DNA from: Utricularia gibba
Lineage: Eukaryota; Plantae; Magnoliophyta
NCBI GenBank assembly: GCA_002189035.1
Contig: NEEC01000004.1
Location: 3,534,001 to 3,598,000, forward strand
Length of the DNA: 64,000 nt
Direction of reading: 5' to 3'
Shown: piece after piece, positions 49,201 through 61,066 of the stretch
Layout: each line of letters opens with the position of its first letter
Numbering within the stretch: position 1 is the first letter of the stretch
The notes under the pieces: model-generated
Databases searched by the model: none
Told to the model about the DNA's origin: nothing
What the model saw: the letters and a program-made list of their open reading frames with translations, nothing else
Position numbers and translations under genes: made by a program

Positions 49201-51211
49201 AACTACTCAAGGACATAATTGGCTGTACTCATCTCATGATTGAAGATCGAGATATTGCAGCACGAATGAGATGTCCAAAATGGAAAAAAATCAATGGATG
49301 AAGAACTCAACTCAATCCAAGAACATGGTATGTAGGAGATGGTCGACAGACCTGCTAGTGCCAAAATCCTAAACTTGAAATGGGTGCACAAGGAGAAATT
49401 AAATCCGGACGGCACCCACAACCGCTTCAAATCTCGGATAGTGGCAAAAGGCTATCTTCAACAAGCCGGGATTGATTACTGCGAGACATTTGCTCCTGTT
49501 GCCCGTCTTGATACCGTCAAGCTTATCATCGCCTTGGTAGCCTGCAACAACTGGAAATTGCACCATTTAAATATCAAGTGTGCCTTTCTAAATGGAGAAT
49601 TACATGAAAACATATATGTCCACCCGCCTCCAGGTTACCAACTTAAGAATGGGAAAGACAAAGTTTTGAAGCTCAAGAAAGCACTCTATGGACTAAAGCA
49701 GGCGCCTAAAGAATGGTATTCTACCATTGATTCTTATTTTATTGAGCAGGGGTATAATAGGAGCAAGAATGATACTACCCTCTATGCGCTTGAGACCGAA
49801 GCAGGGAAAGTTATAATATCTCTCTATGTAGACGATATTTTGATTACGGGAAGCGATACTAACCTTATTGAGGAACAAAAAACCAGACTGAAAAGCCGTT
49901 TTGAACTGGTGGATCTTGGTCTAACTCGGTACTTTCTAGGCCTAGAGATCCTGCAAAGCGAAGATTACATATTTGTGAATCAAAAAGGTATATTGAAGAT
50001 TTACTGATCACATATGGTCTTCACGATGCTAAGGGATGCAAGTTTCCATTCCCACCAGAAGCCAAACATAAACTCAGAAATTGTGAAGATGAATATCACA
50101 GCCCGCAAGACTATCAACGTCTCATTGGAGCCCTTCTCTATCTAACCGCTACTAGGCCTGATATTACTTTCGCAGTAGCCTACCTATCAAGATTTATGCA
50201 TAAATCGTATACTACCCACATGGAAGTAGCAAGGAAAATCCTCAAGTATTTAAAGTCATCCTCTGACCTCGGTCTATACTTTATAATAAGCACTAACCCT
50301 TCATTGAAAGGTTTTGTGGATTCCGATTTCGCAGGTGATGAAGATACTTGTAACTCTACCACAGGATATCTATTCACTTTGGGCTCAGCAACCTTTGCAT
50401 GGAACAGCAGAAAACAAAGCACCATCACTCAATCCTCGGCAAAGGCCGAGTATATAACTGGTGCAGCCGCGGCGAATCACACTCAATGGCTGATCAAACT
50501 TTGCGAAGATCTGCACATTCAAATCAACAAGCCAGTCATTCTAAAAATTGACAATAAATCGGCTATCAGCATAACACAAAATCCTGTGATGTTCGGACGC
50601 ACCAAGCACATAAAGATTAAGTATCATATCTTGCAGGAATATGTGAAAGAAGGATCTATCAAGCTTGAGTACCTACCCTTTGAAATGCAGGTCGCAGACA
50701 TTTTAACGAAGTGCCTCTTTTCCTCAAACTTCCATAATTTGCGAGAACTATTAGGGTTGAGGAGGAACCCTTCAGAAACTGATGAAGACCTTCAATTAAA
50801 TCATCAAGGAGGAATGTTGGAAGTTGATGATCAAATTGAAGGCACTTCGACAATTTCTATCACTTCTGTACCTGAAAATAAGGATTCGGTCGAAGAGAGT
50901 CTCAACGAGAAGAAGATGAACATCTACTCTCTTTGGAAGCTGGGTCTGATTGTATTGGGTTGCAGCCAAATGAAGTGTAAGTCAGCTAATGGGTTTGATG
51001 TTGAGCCCAATCCTCCAAGCCCATTGACCCAATGAAGACTGAAACATAACGACAGGACAACGGCTCACTCTGACAGAACAATGGCTATTTTCTCTTATAT
51101 AAATAAGCCATGTAACATCCAAGAATTGACTTGCTTTCTAAGCCCTTCATACAACAGCTCTCAAAGTTTTCTTTAGCAATATCAAATCCTTGCATCTGTG
51201 GCCATATAACA
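46264..51211 (+). mobile_element. Ty1/copia element with half-deleted 5' LTR (46264-46499), interrupted gag-pol, and 3' LTR 50815-51211
   Basis: Zn knuckle CACCKLPGHMEKVCP, protease WLVDSGCSHHLT, LWHSRLGH, integrase LRSNNGGEY / TPQQNGICERKNRT, RT YVDDILITG, RNase H RTKHIKIKYH / ADILTK. PPT caaggaggaa. The LTRs share ~235 bp with ~8 substitutions and one 3-bp indel. Several stops and frameshifts. Confidence 0.95.
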
Positions 51212-51821
51212 CCCCAGAGGCAACGTGGCTTGCCGCGGAATGCAATTCCCTAGGACATCAGGGCGCCAACCCCATGAATTCACAAATCCTTTTATTTAAG
51301 GCTTAAGTGCCTTCTTTTCCGATTTGCTTAATCGCAATGAATGTGACAGTCTAAGTCCTTACTTTGCACGCAGGGTAGGAGCACCTGGAGGGGGCATTCG
51401 ACGCTGAGAACCTCTGATCCATCGGGTTGAGGAAATGAGCATGCCCCTATGCCACTCATCTTGAGTGTGAAATTTTCATTGACATACTTTTATTTAAATA
51501 AAATGTTAAGACCTTCTTCCCTTAATGTCTCGATGAAAACGTTTTTATTTTTGTTGTGATTTTATTGCCTCTCGTGCGATGTTGCTGTTTCTTGCTATTA
51601 GTCAGGCTGTTAGCCGCCTTGCGGCGAGTGGGTGAAACAGACGTGGTAAATTTATGATGAAAAAGGCGTGACAATAGCAATCAATCCATTGTAAGTCCCA
51701 CCATTGCACCACTGCTCAACCTCACCCATTTCTCCCATAAAGATGAATGAGTGCAACCCCTTGTCTAGTCAGTGGGTTATTTTCTTGAAATGCTCCATTA
51801 TTCACAATTCTACATCCAATG

Positions 51822-54039
51822 TGATAAACGAAAAATAGGCTCCAAATATCCCATTGCCTTCACATGTTCTTCCTCCATCAATTCGGGACATTTATCAACG
51901 ATGTGTCCCATTCTGTGGTAGTTCCCGCAGGGCATATTCTTAGCTTGGAATAAAAAGAGTTCCTTCATCATCTCAGACATGGCTGCCACATTTTTCGTCA
52001 GCTCATTTTCTGATGACTTTGGCTTGTATTCCAGCTCATATACTCTTCTATTCAAGGCCTGTTTTCTGATTATGTGCCTGGAATGCTCAGCCAACTCCTC
52101 AAGTAGCGCAAGAGCTTCTGTGGAAGTTTTTTTTCTCAAAAATCCACCTGTTGCAGAGTCCACCAAGGCCCTATCTATGTATAGAAGACCATCATAAAAA
52201 TACTTGATCAATGCATTGGTCTGAAATCCATGGTGTGGACAGGAGCCTAGCAGGTTTTTAAAGCGTTCCCAATATTCATGTAGAGATTCTCCACTTGTTT
52301 GCTCAATGTCACTGATCTCCTTCCTTATTCCTCCAGCTTTTGAAGCAGGGAATTATTTGCTGAGAAATACATTCTTCATCCCACTCCAATCTGTGATACT
52401 TCCCGGCTTCAAAGAGTTAAACCATGTTTTTGCACTCCCTTCCAGTGTAAATTGGAATGCCCTCAAACAGATGGCATCCTCAGTCATACCAGCACTCTTA
52501 AAAGAGGTGCAAACAGCAGTCACGTTGTCAAGATGTTCATGGGTTCTCACCCACTTTTCCATAATACTTGGGCAGAAAATTAATCATAGCTGGCTTCAAT
52601 TCGTTGGCTGTGTCATCAGAGAACCTAATACACAGCCCTCTGTACGTATGGTCAGCTGCATCAAGCTCATTCAGGGTCTTCTCCTATTCTGCCATATTGA
52701 AATTAGTTTGAGCAACAGCAGCGAGTCTGCTCAACCTTGCTGCTTCTCTCACTCTTGTGCGGTTCTTGCTGATAGTTCTCTCGATTTCTGGATGGAAAAC
52801 AAGATCACCTACACTAGAAGAACGCAAATGCATCAACCGAATCACAAAACAATTAAACACCGCTCCCCGGAAACGGCGCCAATTTGATAAACGAAAAATT
52901 GTACAAGTCGTTAATTGCAAATTTTCCTATCAAATAAATTTATAACCTAACCCACATTCAAGTATAAAACAATTATGAGCATAGTGATTAGGGTCGAACA
53001 CGAAGAGCAGGTGCTTGTCAAGTGATTAGCCAAAGCATGAAATCAGTGTCATGTTGGTAAAATTGGTCTTAACTAGGACTAACTCAGGACTACAACGAAA
53101 TACAGTAAAGAAAAGTAACAAGTTTGGATTCGATAGTTTCTGGAATGGAATGGGTGATACCTTGGAACTCTTAAGGGATGTATGCATATCACTAAACAAG
53201 CTCACATAAATCAAAAATCATTCAACTAACTCACAAGATCTAGGTCTACCCAGATTCTTGTTTTTCCCCCTAATCTTTGGTCTACCTCTAATTAGGGTTG
53301 TTAGTTGGGTTTCACTACTTCCCCCTCCTGGATCTATCCTGCTTTGTTAAGGAAGTAGTGTGACTTATGATTTATTAGGTCTAAGGATGGATTAGCATAT
53401 TTCTCCTCTTCTCACCCCAAGGCATCCCCTGTAAGTGCTTAGCTACTCATGGTAATGGAAAGTAAAACATCTTCATAGCAGATACTGAGCAATATCTTGG
53501 CTACAAATGCTAAACAACAACGAGCAATATGAAGCAAAAGTAGGACAAACACTTCGTTCACATAGGAAATCCAAATCTAGTCTTAGCTAGGAATAGTAAA
53601 CATGAAGAACGAAAATAATTTTTCAAGAGAAGCTGTGTTCTTCTAGTTCGTCGTCCCCTCCTTCTTCTTCTCTTAGAAAAATCTCCAGAAACTTCTCTTG
53701 AAATCTCCAAAGGGAGATCTCCTTCTCTCTCCAACTTTCCTCCATTTTTGTTCAAAATCTTCCTTTTTCACCTCCTTGGACTTTGTGTGTACTCTTCTTC
53801 AAACTTCTGTCACCTTTCCTGCCACCACACTATTCATACTCGGCTCCCTTGGATTTGTGCGACCCATGCTGCACTACTCGAAAGGAACTGTTAGAATTGC
53901 GATTTAGTCCCAACTAAGACTAAAAGTGCACTCCTACAATACTTATGTGCAAAAATATAGAAACAGGCAATTAAGCTTACTTTTTGTAGCATAAAATGAG
54001 TAAATTCCATGCATTGAGCCACTAAAAAATGTGTTATCA
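51822..54039 (-). mobile_element. Internally deleted Athila-like Ty3/gypsy element: 5' LTR 52885-54039, PBS, gag, 15-bp stub of 3' LTR
   Basis: LTR TGATAACAC...CGTTTATCA followed by PBS aattggcgccgtttccgggga. Gag 'EDAICLRAFQFTLEGSAKTWFNSLKPGSITDWSGMKNVFLSK' and 'YFYDGL...DSATGG'. Ends ...TTTTTCGTTTATCA at 51822 with perfect TSD CAATG (51817-51821 / 54040-54044). Confidence 0.92.
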
Positions 54040-55100
54040 CAATGCTATCGGGATTTTGTCATTTTCCATTTCAACTACTTTTTCATTTTTCTTGGACACT
54101 TCTTTTTATTGCTTCAGGTTGGTTTGGGCAATATTAAACATAATATGAGTTGATGCTGTGACACGGATTATAATAATTAGAAAACAAATTAAGTTTATAA
54201 ACAATCAAAATTTGACTTATCAAAAAATAATAAACAACCAACGTTTAATTTTTTCAATGTTTGACATTCATTTTTATTTTTATAATTTTATGTAATTTTT
54301 ACATTTAACTTCTTTATAGGTTAAAGTGAGCAATATATTTGAAAATATTTGATTAAGAGAATCAATAATAATAATAAGTTAATTTTATAAACGAATTGTG
54401 TATGAAATTGTTTTTTATAATTTTTTCTAAACACAAAGATATTTTACATATTTTTAAAGAGGGGTAGACTTAAAACTTATTTGCCGAAATTTAAAAATAT
54501 ATATATTATCAATGAAGAATTAATATAAATAAGAATAAAGTGTAAAATTATCTTTTTATTAATTGGAATTAAACTATCTATTCTAAATATGCATGCTATT
54601 TTAAATATATATTGGTAAATATATATATTTTCATTATATACTACCTATTATTTAAATACAAAAAATTAAATATTTAAAATACTCTTTCAAACGCAAACTG
54701 TTTATTTTAAAAAAACTCAGGTAAAATAATCGAGTGTGCCTTAATTGCTGTCTGGAAATTTAAACAATTTTATGAATTAGAAAAAAAAAAAAACGGAGAT
54801 GCTTCTTCTTCTTCTTTTTTTGTTTTGTTTTGTTTTAACATGGATTGTGCATGAGACGGCAGGGGCACCCCGCAGATTTGGGGAATGCTGTTTGAACCGT
54901 TCGTCATTCCATTTTTCTCTCGACCGATGCTCTTCACTTCTTCTCTCGTTTCTCTGCAATGCATTCCTCATTTCTTCTCCATCACCTCGACGCTGAACCT
55001 TGTTTCTACCACATTTTCACCTAGAACAAAACCCATTTCTCCAACGGAGTGGTTGCTCTGTTGATCGGGGGTGCCATCACTCTCGTCTGTGGCCGGCGAT

Positions 55101-56356
55101 ATGGCTTCCGTTAACAACCATGCAATGGACGGCGACCACCCAGATATCGAGAATGGCGCAGATGACTGGCCCATCGACCCGGATTTCTCCGATCCCTTCG
55201 ACATTGCCAACACCAAGAAGGCGTCGCGAGAATCGCTCAAGCGTTGGAGGGTAAGATTTCGAGCATCCTGGTTTTTATTGCAGGAACTCGTGTTTTTCTA
55301 CCACCCGAACTCCTCTCATGTTTTTATAACAGCAAGCTGCGCTTGTGCTCAATGCTACCCGCCGGTTTCGATACACGTTAGATTTGAGAAAAGATGAAGA
55401 GCAAGATAAGAGGAGGCGTATGATTAGAGCGCATGCTCAAGTCATTCGGGTGATGAAGTCTAAATGCCATCAACTACCATTTCATTCCTTTTTAACTTCT
55501 TGATGTTAAACTTGCAATTCCATCGTAGGCTGCTTTGCTCTTCAAATTGGCTGGGCAGAGAGCGATAGGTGCTTCTGTATTCTCTATCTTCTGCTTTTGT
55601 GATAATTCGAAAATCATCATCTTTAAATAGGGTTTCATTCAGTTCTAGGTACTTCAGTTTCTCCTCCCTCTCCAAGTGGGGAGTATGGCATTGCACTTGA
55701 GCAGCTTGCTTCAATGAATAAGGACCAGAATGTTTCTGCACTGGAGCAGTATGGAGGGGCAAGATGACTGCATCCTTTATACCACTTTCATGTTTTTCTT
55801 GCAATGCGTGTACCCCACAAACTAATATCAACACAACTTCAGGTTAAAGGTCTATCAGAGATGCTGAAGACAAACTCTGAGACAGGGATTGATGGAGATG
55901 ATGTATTGGAAAGAAGGAAGGCCTATGGGTCAAATACGTATCCTGTGAAAAAAGGAAGAAGTTTCTTGGTAATGATTCATTTGTATTCTATGGCAATAAG
56001 TCTTTTGTCTCTTCTATTGTATTTTGGAGCTTTTGTTCACATCTTTTTTTTTTGAACATTCCGTTTCTGCTCCTTACCCAGTTATTTTTGTGCAGATGTT
56101 CCTATGGGACGCTTGGCAAGATTTGACTCTCATTATCTTAATCTTTGCTGCTGTAATATCATTGGTTCTTGGAATAAAAACTGAGGTTATTTTGCCTTCT
56201 CGGAGATTCGACACACTGTTGTCTAGATCATGATGAACCTGAGCTGCAGTCATGCCTAATTTGAGTAATTTCTGTTGCGTTTATAGGGCATCCAACAAGG
56301 ATGGTATGATGGGGGAAGCATTGCCTTTGCAGTTTTTCTGGTTATTTTTGTCACAG
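55101..56356 (+). pseudogene. ACA9: Truncated autoinhibited P2B Ca2+-ATPase (ACA9-like), exons 1-7 only, copy 1
   Basis: MASVNN...DPFDIANTKKASRESLKRWR|QAALVLNATRRFRYTLDL...RRRMIRAHAQVIR|AALLFKLAG...|VKGLSEMLKT...GSNTYPVKKGRSFL|MFLWDAWQDLTLIILI...|GWYDGGSIAFAVFLVIFVT. Intron 7 is cut at 56600. 'MIRAHAQVIR' is the ACA9-type motif as recalled. Intron 4 (55759-55842) is GC-AG. Confidence 0.9.
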
Positions 56357-56600
56357 GTGATTCCAATTTATTCTCCATCAAAGTTGCAAACATTCTGTTC
56401 TCCAATTTATATTTTCTTTTGACACCGAGGAAGTATTAACTATGAACTGTAATTTTTTAAAAGTGAGGCTCTTTTCTCAAATTTTTTCAGCCTAATGATT
56501 TTTCTGATTGGTGTGTTTGATTCATAAGTGATTTATTTGATTCTATTTTGATTGCATTCATTAATTTAAAATTGATCTGTTAGTGATGATGCACATTCAT

Positions 56601-58506
56601 AAAAATCCACCTGTTGCAGAGTCCACCAAGGCCCTATCTATGTATAGAAGACCATCATAAAAATACTTGATCAATGCATTGGTCTGAAATCCATGGTGTG
56701 GACAGGAGCCTAGCAGGTTTTTAAAGCGTTCCCAATATTCATGTAGAGATTCTCCACTTGTTTGCTCAATGTCACTGATCTCCTTCCTTATTCCTCCAGC
56801 TTTTGAAGCAGGGAATTATTTGCTGAGAAATACATTCTTCATCCCACTCCAATCTGTGATACTTCCCGGCTTCAAAGAGTTAAACCATGTTTTTGCACTC
56901 CCTTCCAGTGTAAATTGGAATGCCCTCAAACAGATGGCATCCTCAGTCATACCAGCACTCTTAAAAGAGGTGCAAACAGCAGTCACGTTGTCAAGATGTT
57001 CATGGGTTCTCACCCACTTTTCCATAATACTTGGGCAGAAAATTAATCATAGCTGGCTTCAATTCGTTGGCTGTGTCATCAGAGAACCTAATACACAGCC
57101 CTCTGTACGTATGGTCAGCTGCATCAAGCTCATTCAGGGTCTTCTCCTATTCTGCCATATTGAAATTAGTTTGAGCAACAGCAGCGAGTCTGCTCAACCT
57201 TGCTGCTTCTCTCACTCTTGTGCGGTTCTTGCTGATAGTTCTCTCGATTTCTGGATGGAAAACAAGATCACCTACACTAGAAGAACGCAAATGCATCAAC
57301 CGAATCACAAAACAATTAAACACCGCTCCCCGGAAACGGCGCCAATTTGATAAACGAAAAATTGTACAAGTCGTTAATTGCAAATTTTCCTATCAAATAA
57401 ATTTATAACCTAACCCACATTCAAGTATAAAACAATTATGAGCATAGTGATTAGGGTCGAACACGAAGAGCAGGTGCTTGTCAAGTGATTAGCCAAAGCA
57501 TGAAATCAGTGTCATGTTGGTAAAATTGGTCTTAACTAGGACTAACTCAGGACTACAACGAAATACAGTAAAGAAAAGTAACAAGTTTGGATTCGATAGT
57601 TTCTGGAATGGAATGGGTGATACCTTGGAACTCTTAAGGGATGTATGCATATCACTAAACAAGCTCACATAAATCAAAAATCATTCAACTAACTCACAAG
57701 ATCTAGGTCTACCCAGATTCTTGTTTTTCCCCCTAATCTTTGGTCTACCTCTAATTAGGGTTGTTAGTTGGGTTTCACTACTTCCCCCTCCTGGATCTAT
57801 CCTGCTTTGTTAAGGAAGTAGTGTGACTTATGATTTATTAGGTCTAAGGATGGATTAGCATATTTCTCCTCTTCTCACCCCAAGGCATCCCCCTGTAAGT
57901 GCTTAGCTACTCATGGTAATGGAAAGTAAAACATCTTCATAGCAGATACTGAGCAATATCTTGGCTACAAATGCTAAACAACAACGAGCAATATGAAGCA
58001 AAAGTAGGACAAACACTTCGTTCACATAGGAAATCCAAATCTAGTCTTAGCTAGGAATAGTAAACATGAAGAACGAAAATAATTTTTCAAGAGAAGCTGT
58101 GTTCTTCTAGTTCGTCGTCCCCTCCTTCTTCTTCTCTTAGAAAAATCTCCAGAAACTTCTCTTGAAATCTCCAAAGGGAGATCTCCTTCTCTCTCCAACT
58201 TTCCTCCATTTTTGTTCAAAATCTTCCTTTTTCACCTCCTTGGACTTTGTGTGTACTCTTCTTCAAACTTCTGTCACCTTTCCTGCCACCACACTATTCA
58301 TACTCGGCTCCCTTGGATTTGTGTTGCGACCCATGCTGCACTACTCGAAAGGAACTGTTAGAATTGCGATTTAGTCCCAACTAAGACTAAAAGTGCACTC
58401 CTACAATACTTATGTGCAAAAATATAGAAACAGGCAATTAAGCTTACTTTTTGTAGCATAAAATGAGTAAATTCCATGCATTGAGCCACTAAAAAATGTG
58501 TTATCA
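56601..58506 (-). mobile_element. Second, 3'-truncated copy of the Athila-like element (LTR 57348-58506, PBS, partial gag)
   Basis: Near-identical to 52138-54039; abuts ACA intron 7 of copy 1. Confidence 0.93.
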
Positions 58507-59566
58507 CAATGCTATCGGGATTTTGTCATTTTCCATTTCAACTACTTTTTCATTTTTCTTGGACACTTCTTTTTATTGCTTCAGGTTGGTTTGGGCAATA
58601 TTAAACATAATATGAGTTGATGCTGTGACACGGATTATAATAATTAGAAAACAAATTAAGTTTATAAACAATCAAAATTTGACTTATCAAAAAATAATAA
58701 ACAACCAACGTTTAATTTTTTCAATGTTTGACATTCATTTTTATTTTTATAATTTTATGTAATTTTTACATTTAACTTCTTTATAGGTTAAAGTGAGCAA
58801 TATATTTGAAAATATTTGATTAAGAGAATCAATAATAATAATAAGTTAATTTTATAAACGAATTGTGTATGAAATTGTTTTTTATAATTTTTTCTAAACA
58901 CAAAGATATTTTACATATTTTTAAAGAGGGGTAGACTTAAAACTTATTTGCCGAAATTTAAAAATATATATATTATCAATGAAGAATTAATATAAATAAG
59001 AATAAAGTGTAAAATTATCTTTTTATTAATTGGAATTAAACTATCTATTCTAAATATGCATGCTATTTTAAATATATATTGGTAAATATATATATTTTCA
59101 TTATATACTACCTATTATTTAAATACAAAAAATTAAATATTTAAAATACTCTTTCAAACGCAAACTGTTTATTTTAAAAAAACTCAGGTAAAATAATCGA
59201 GTGTGCCTTAATTGCTGTCTGGAAATTTAAACAATTTTATGAATTAGAAAAAAAAAAAAACGGAGATGCTTCTTCTTCTTCTTTTTTTGTTTTGTTTTGT
59301 TTTAACATGGATTGTGCATGAGACGGCAGGGGCACCCCGCAGATTTGGGGAATGCTGTTTGAACCGTTCGTCATTCCATTTTTCTCTCGACCGATGCTCT
59401 TCACTTCTTCTCTCGTTTCTCTGCAATGCATTCCTCATTTCTTCTCCATCACCTCGACGCTGAACCTTGTTTCTACCACATTTTCACCTAGAACAAAACC
59501 CATTTCTCCAACGGAGTGGTTGCTCTGTTGATCGGGGTGCCATCACTCTCGTCTGTGGCCGGCGAT

Positions 59567-60822
59567 ATGGCTTCCGTTAACAACCATGCAATGGACGGCG
59601 ACCACCCAGATATCGAGAATGGCGCAGATGACTGGCCCATCGACCCGGATTTCTCCGATCCCTTCGACATTGCCAACACCAAGAAGGCGTCGCGAGAATC
59701 GCTCAAGCGTTGGAGGGTAAGATTTCGAGCATCCTGGTTTTTATTGCAGGAACTCGTGTTTTTCTACCACCCGAACTCCTCTCATGTTTTTATAACAGCA
59801 AGCTGCGCTTGTGCTCAATGCTACCCGCCGGTTTCGATACACGTTAGATTTGAGAAAAGATGAAGAGCAAGATAAGAGGAGGCGTATGATTAGAGCGCAT
59901 GCTCAAGTCATTCGGGTGATGAAGTCTAAATGCCATCAACTACCATTTCATTCCTTTTTAACTTCTTGATGTTAAACTTGCAATTCCATCGTAGGCTGCT
60001 TTGCTCTTCAAATTGGCTGGGCAGAGAGCGATAGGTGCTTCTGTATTCTCTATCTTCTGCTTTTGTGATAATTCGAAAATCATCATCTTTAAATAGGGTT
60101 TCATTCAGTTCTAGGTACTTCAGTTTCTCCTCCCTCTCCAAGTGGGGAGTATGGCATTGCACTTGAGCAGCTTGCTTCAATGAATAAGGACCAGAATGTT
60201 TCTGCACTGGAGCAGTATGGAGGGGCAAGATGACTGCATCCTTTATACCACTTTCATGTTTTTCTTGCAATGCGTGTACCCCACAAACTAATATCAACAC
60301 AACTTCAGGTTAAAGGTCTATCAGAGATGCTGAAGACAAACTCTGAGACAGGGATTGATGGAGATGATGTATTGGAAAGAAGGAAGGCCTATGGGTCAAA
60401 TACGTATCCTGTGAAAAAAGGAAGAAGTTTCTTGGTAATGATTCATTTGTATTCTATGGCAATAAGTCTTTTGTCTCTTCTATTGTATTTTGGAGCTTTT
60501 GTTCACATCTTTTTTTTTTGAACATTCCGTTTCTGCTCCTTACCCAGTTATTTTTGTGCAGATGTTCCTATGGGACGCTTGGCAAGATTTGACTCTCATT
60601 ATCTTAATCTTTGCTGCTGTAATATCATTGGTTCTTGGAATAAAAACTGAGGTTATTTTGCCTTCTCGGAGATTCGACACACTGTTGTCTAGATCATGAT
60701 GAACCTGAGCTGCAGTCATGCCTAATTTGAGTAATTTCTGTTGCGTTTATAGGGCATCCAACAAGGATGGTATGATGGGGGAAGCATTGCCTTTGCAGTT
60801 TTTCTGGTTATTTTTGTCACAG
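59567..60822 (+). pseudogene. ACA9: Truncated ACA9-like Ca2+-ATPase, exons 1-7 only, copy 2
   Basis: Same exons as copy 1; intron 7 is cut at 61066. Confidence 0.9.
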
Positions 60823-61066
60823 GTGATTCCAATTTATTCTCCATCAAAGTTGCAAACATTCTGTTCTCCAATTTATATTTTCTTTTGACACCGAGGAAGT
60901 ATTAACTATGAACTGTAATTTTTTAAAAGTGAGGCTCTTTTCTCAAATTTTTTCAGCCTAATGATTTTTCTGATTGGTGTGTTTGATTCATAAGTGATTT
61001 ATTTGATTCTATTTTGATTGCATTCATTAATTTAAAATTGATCTGTTAGTGATGATGCACATTCAT

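Noticed and set aside
51600-51680. Hammerhead ribozyme/retrozyme (GAAA and TGATGA present)
   Set aside because: There is no CTGATGA core and stems I/III cannot be formed around the motifs.
52306-52887. 193-aa plus-strand ORF repeated three times (also 56769, 61235)
   Set aside because: It is the antisense shadow of the Athila gag; its recurrence just reflects the array.
55460-55834. 124-aa minus ORF in each array unit
   Set aside because: It is antisense to ACA exons 3-4 and introns, with no recognisable family.
55759-55842. GC-AG intron 4 of the ACA copies
   Set aside because: The donor GGG|GCAAGA is a strong, ordinary GC-type site; as I recall it is not unusual for this gene family.
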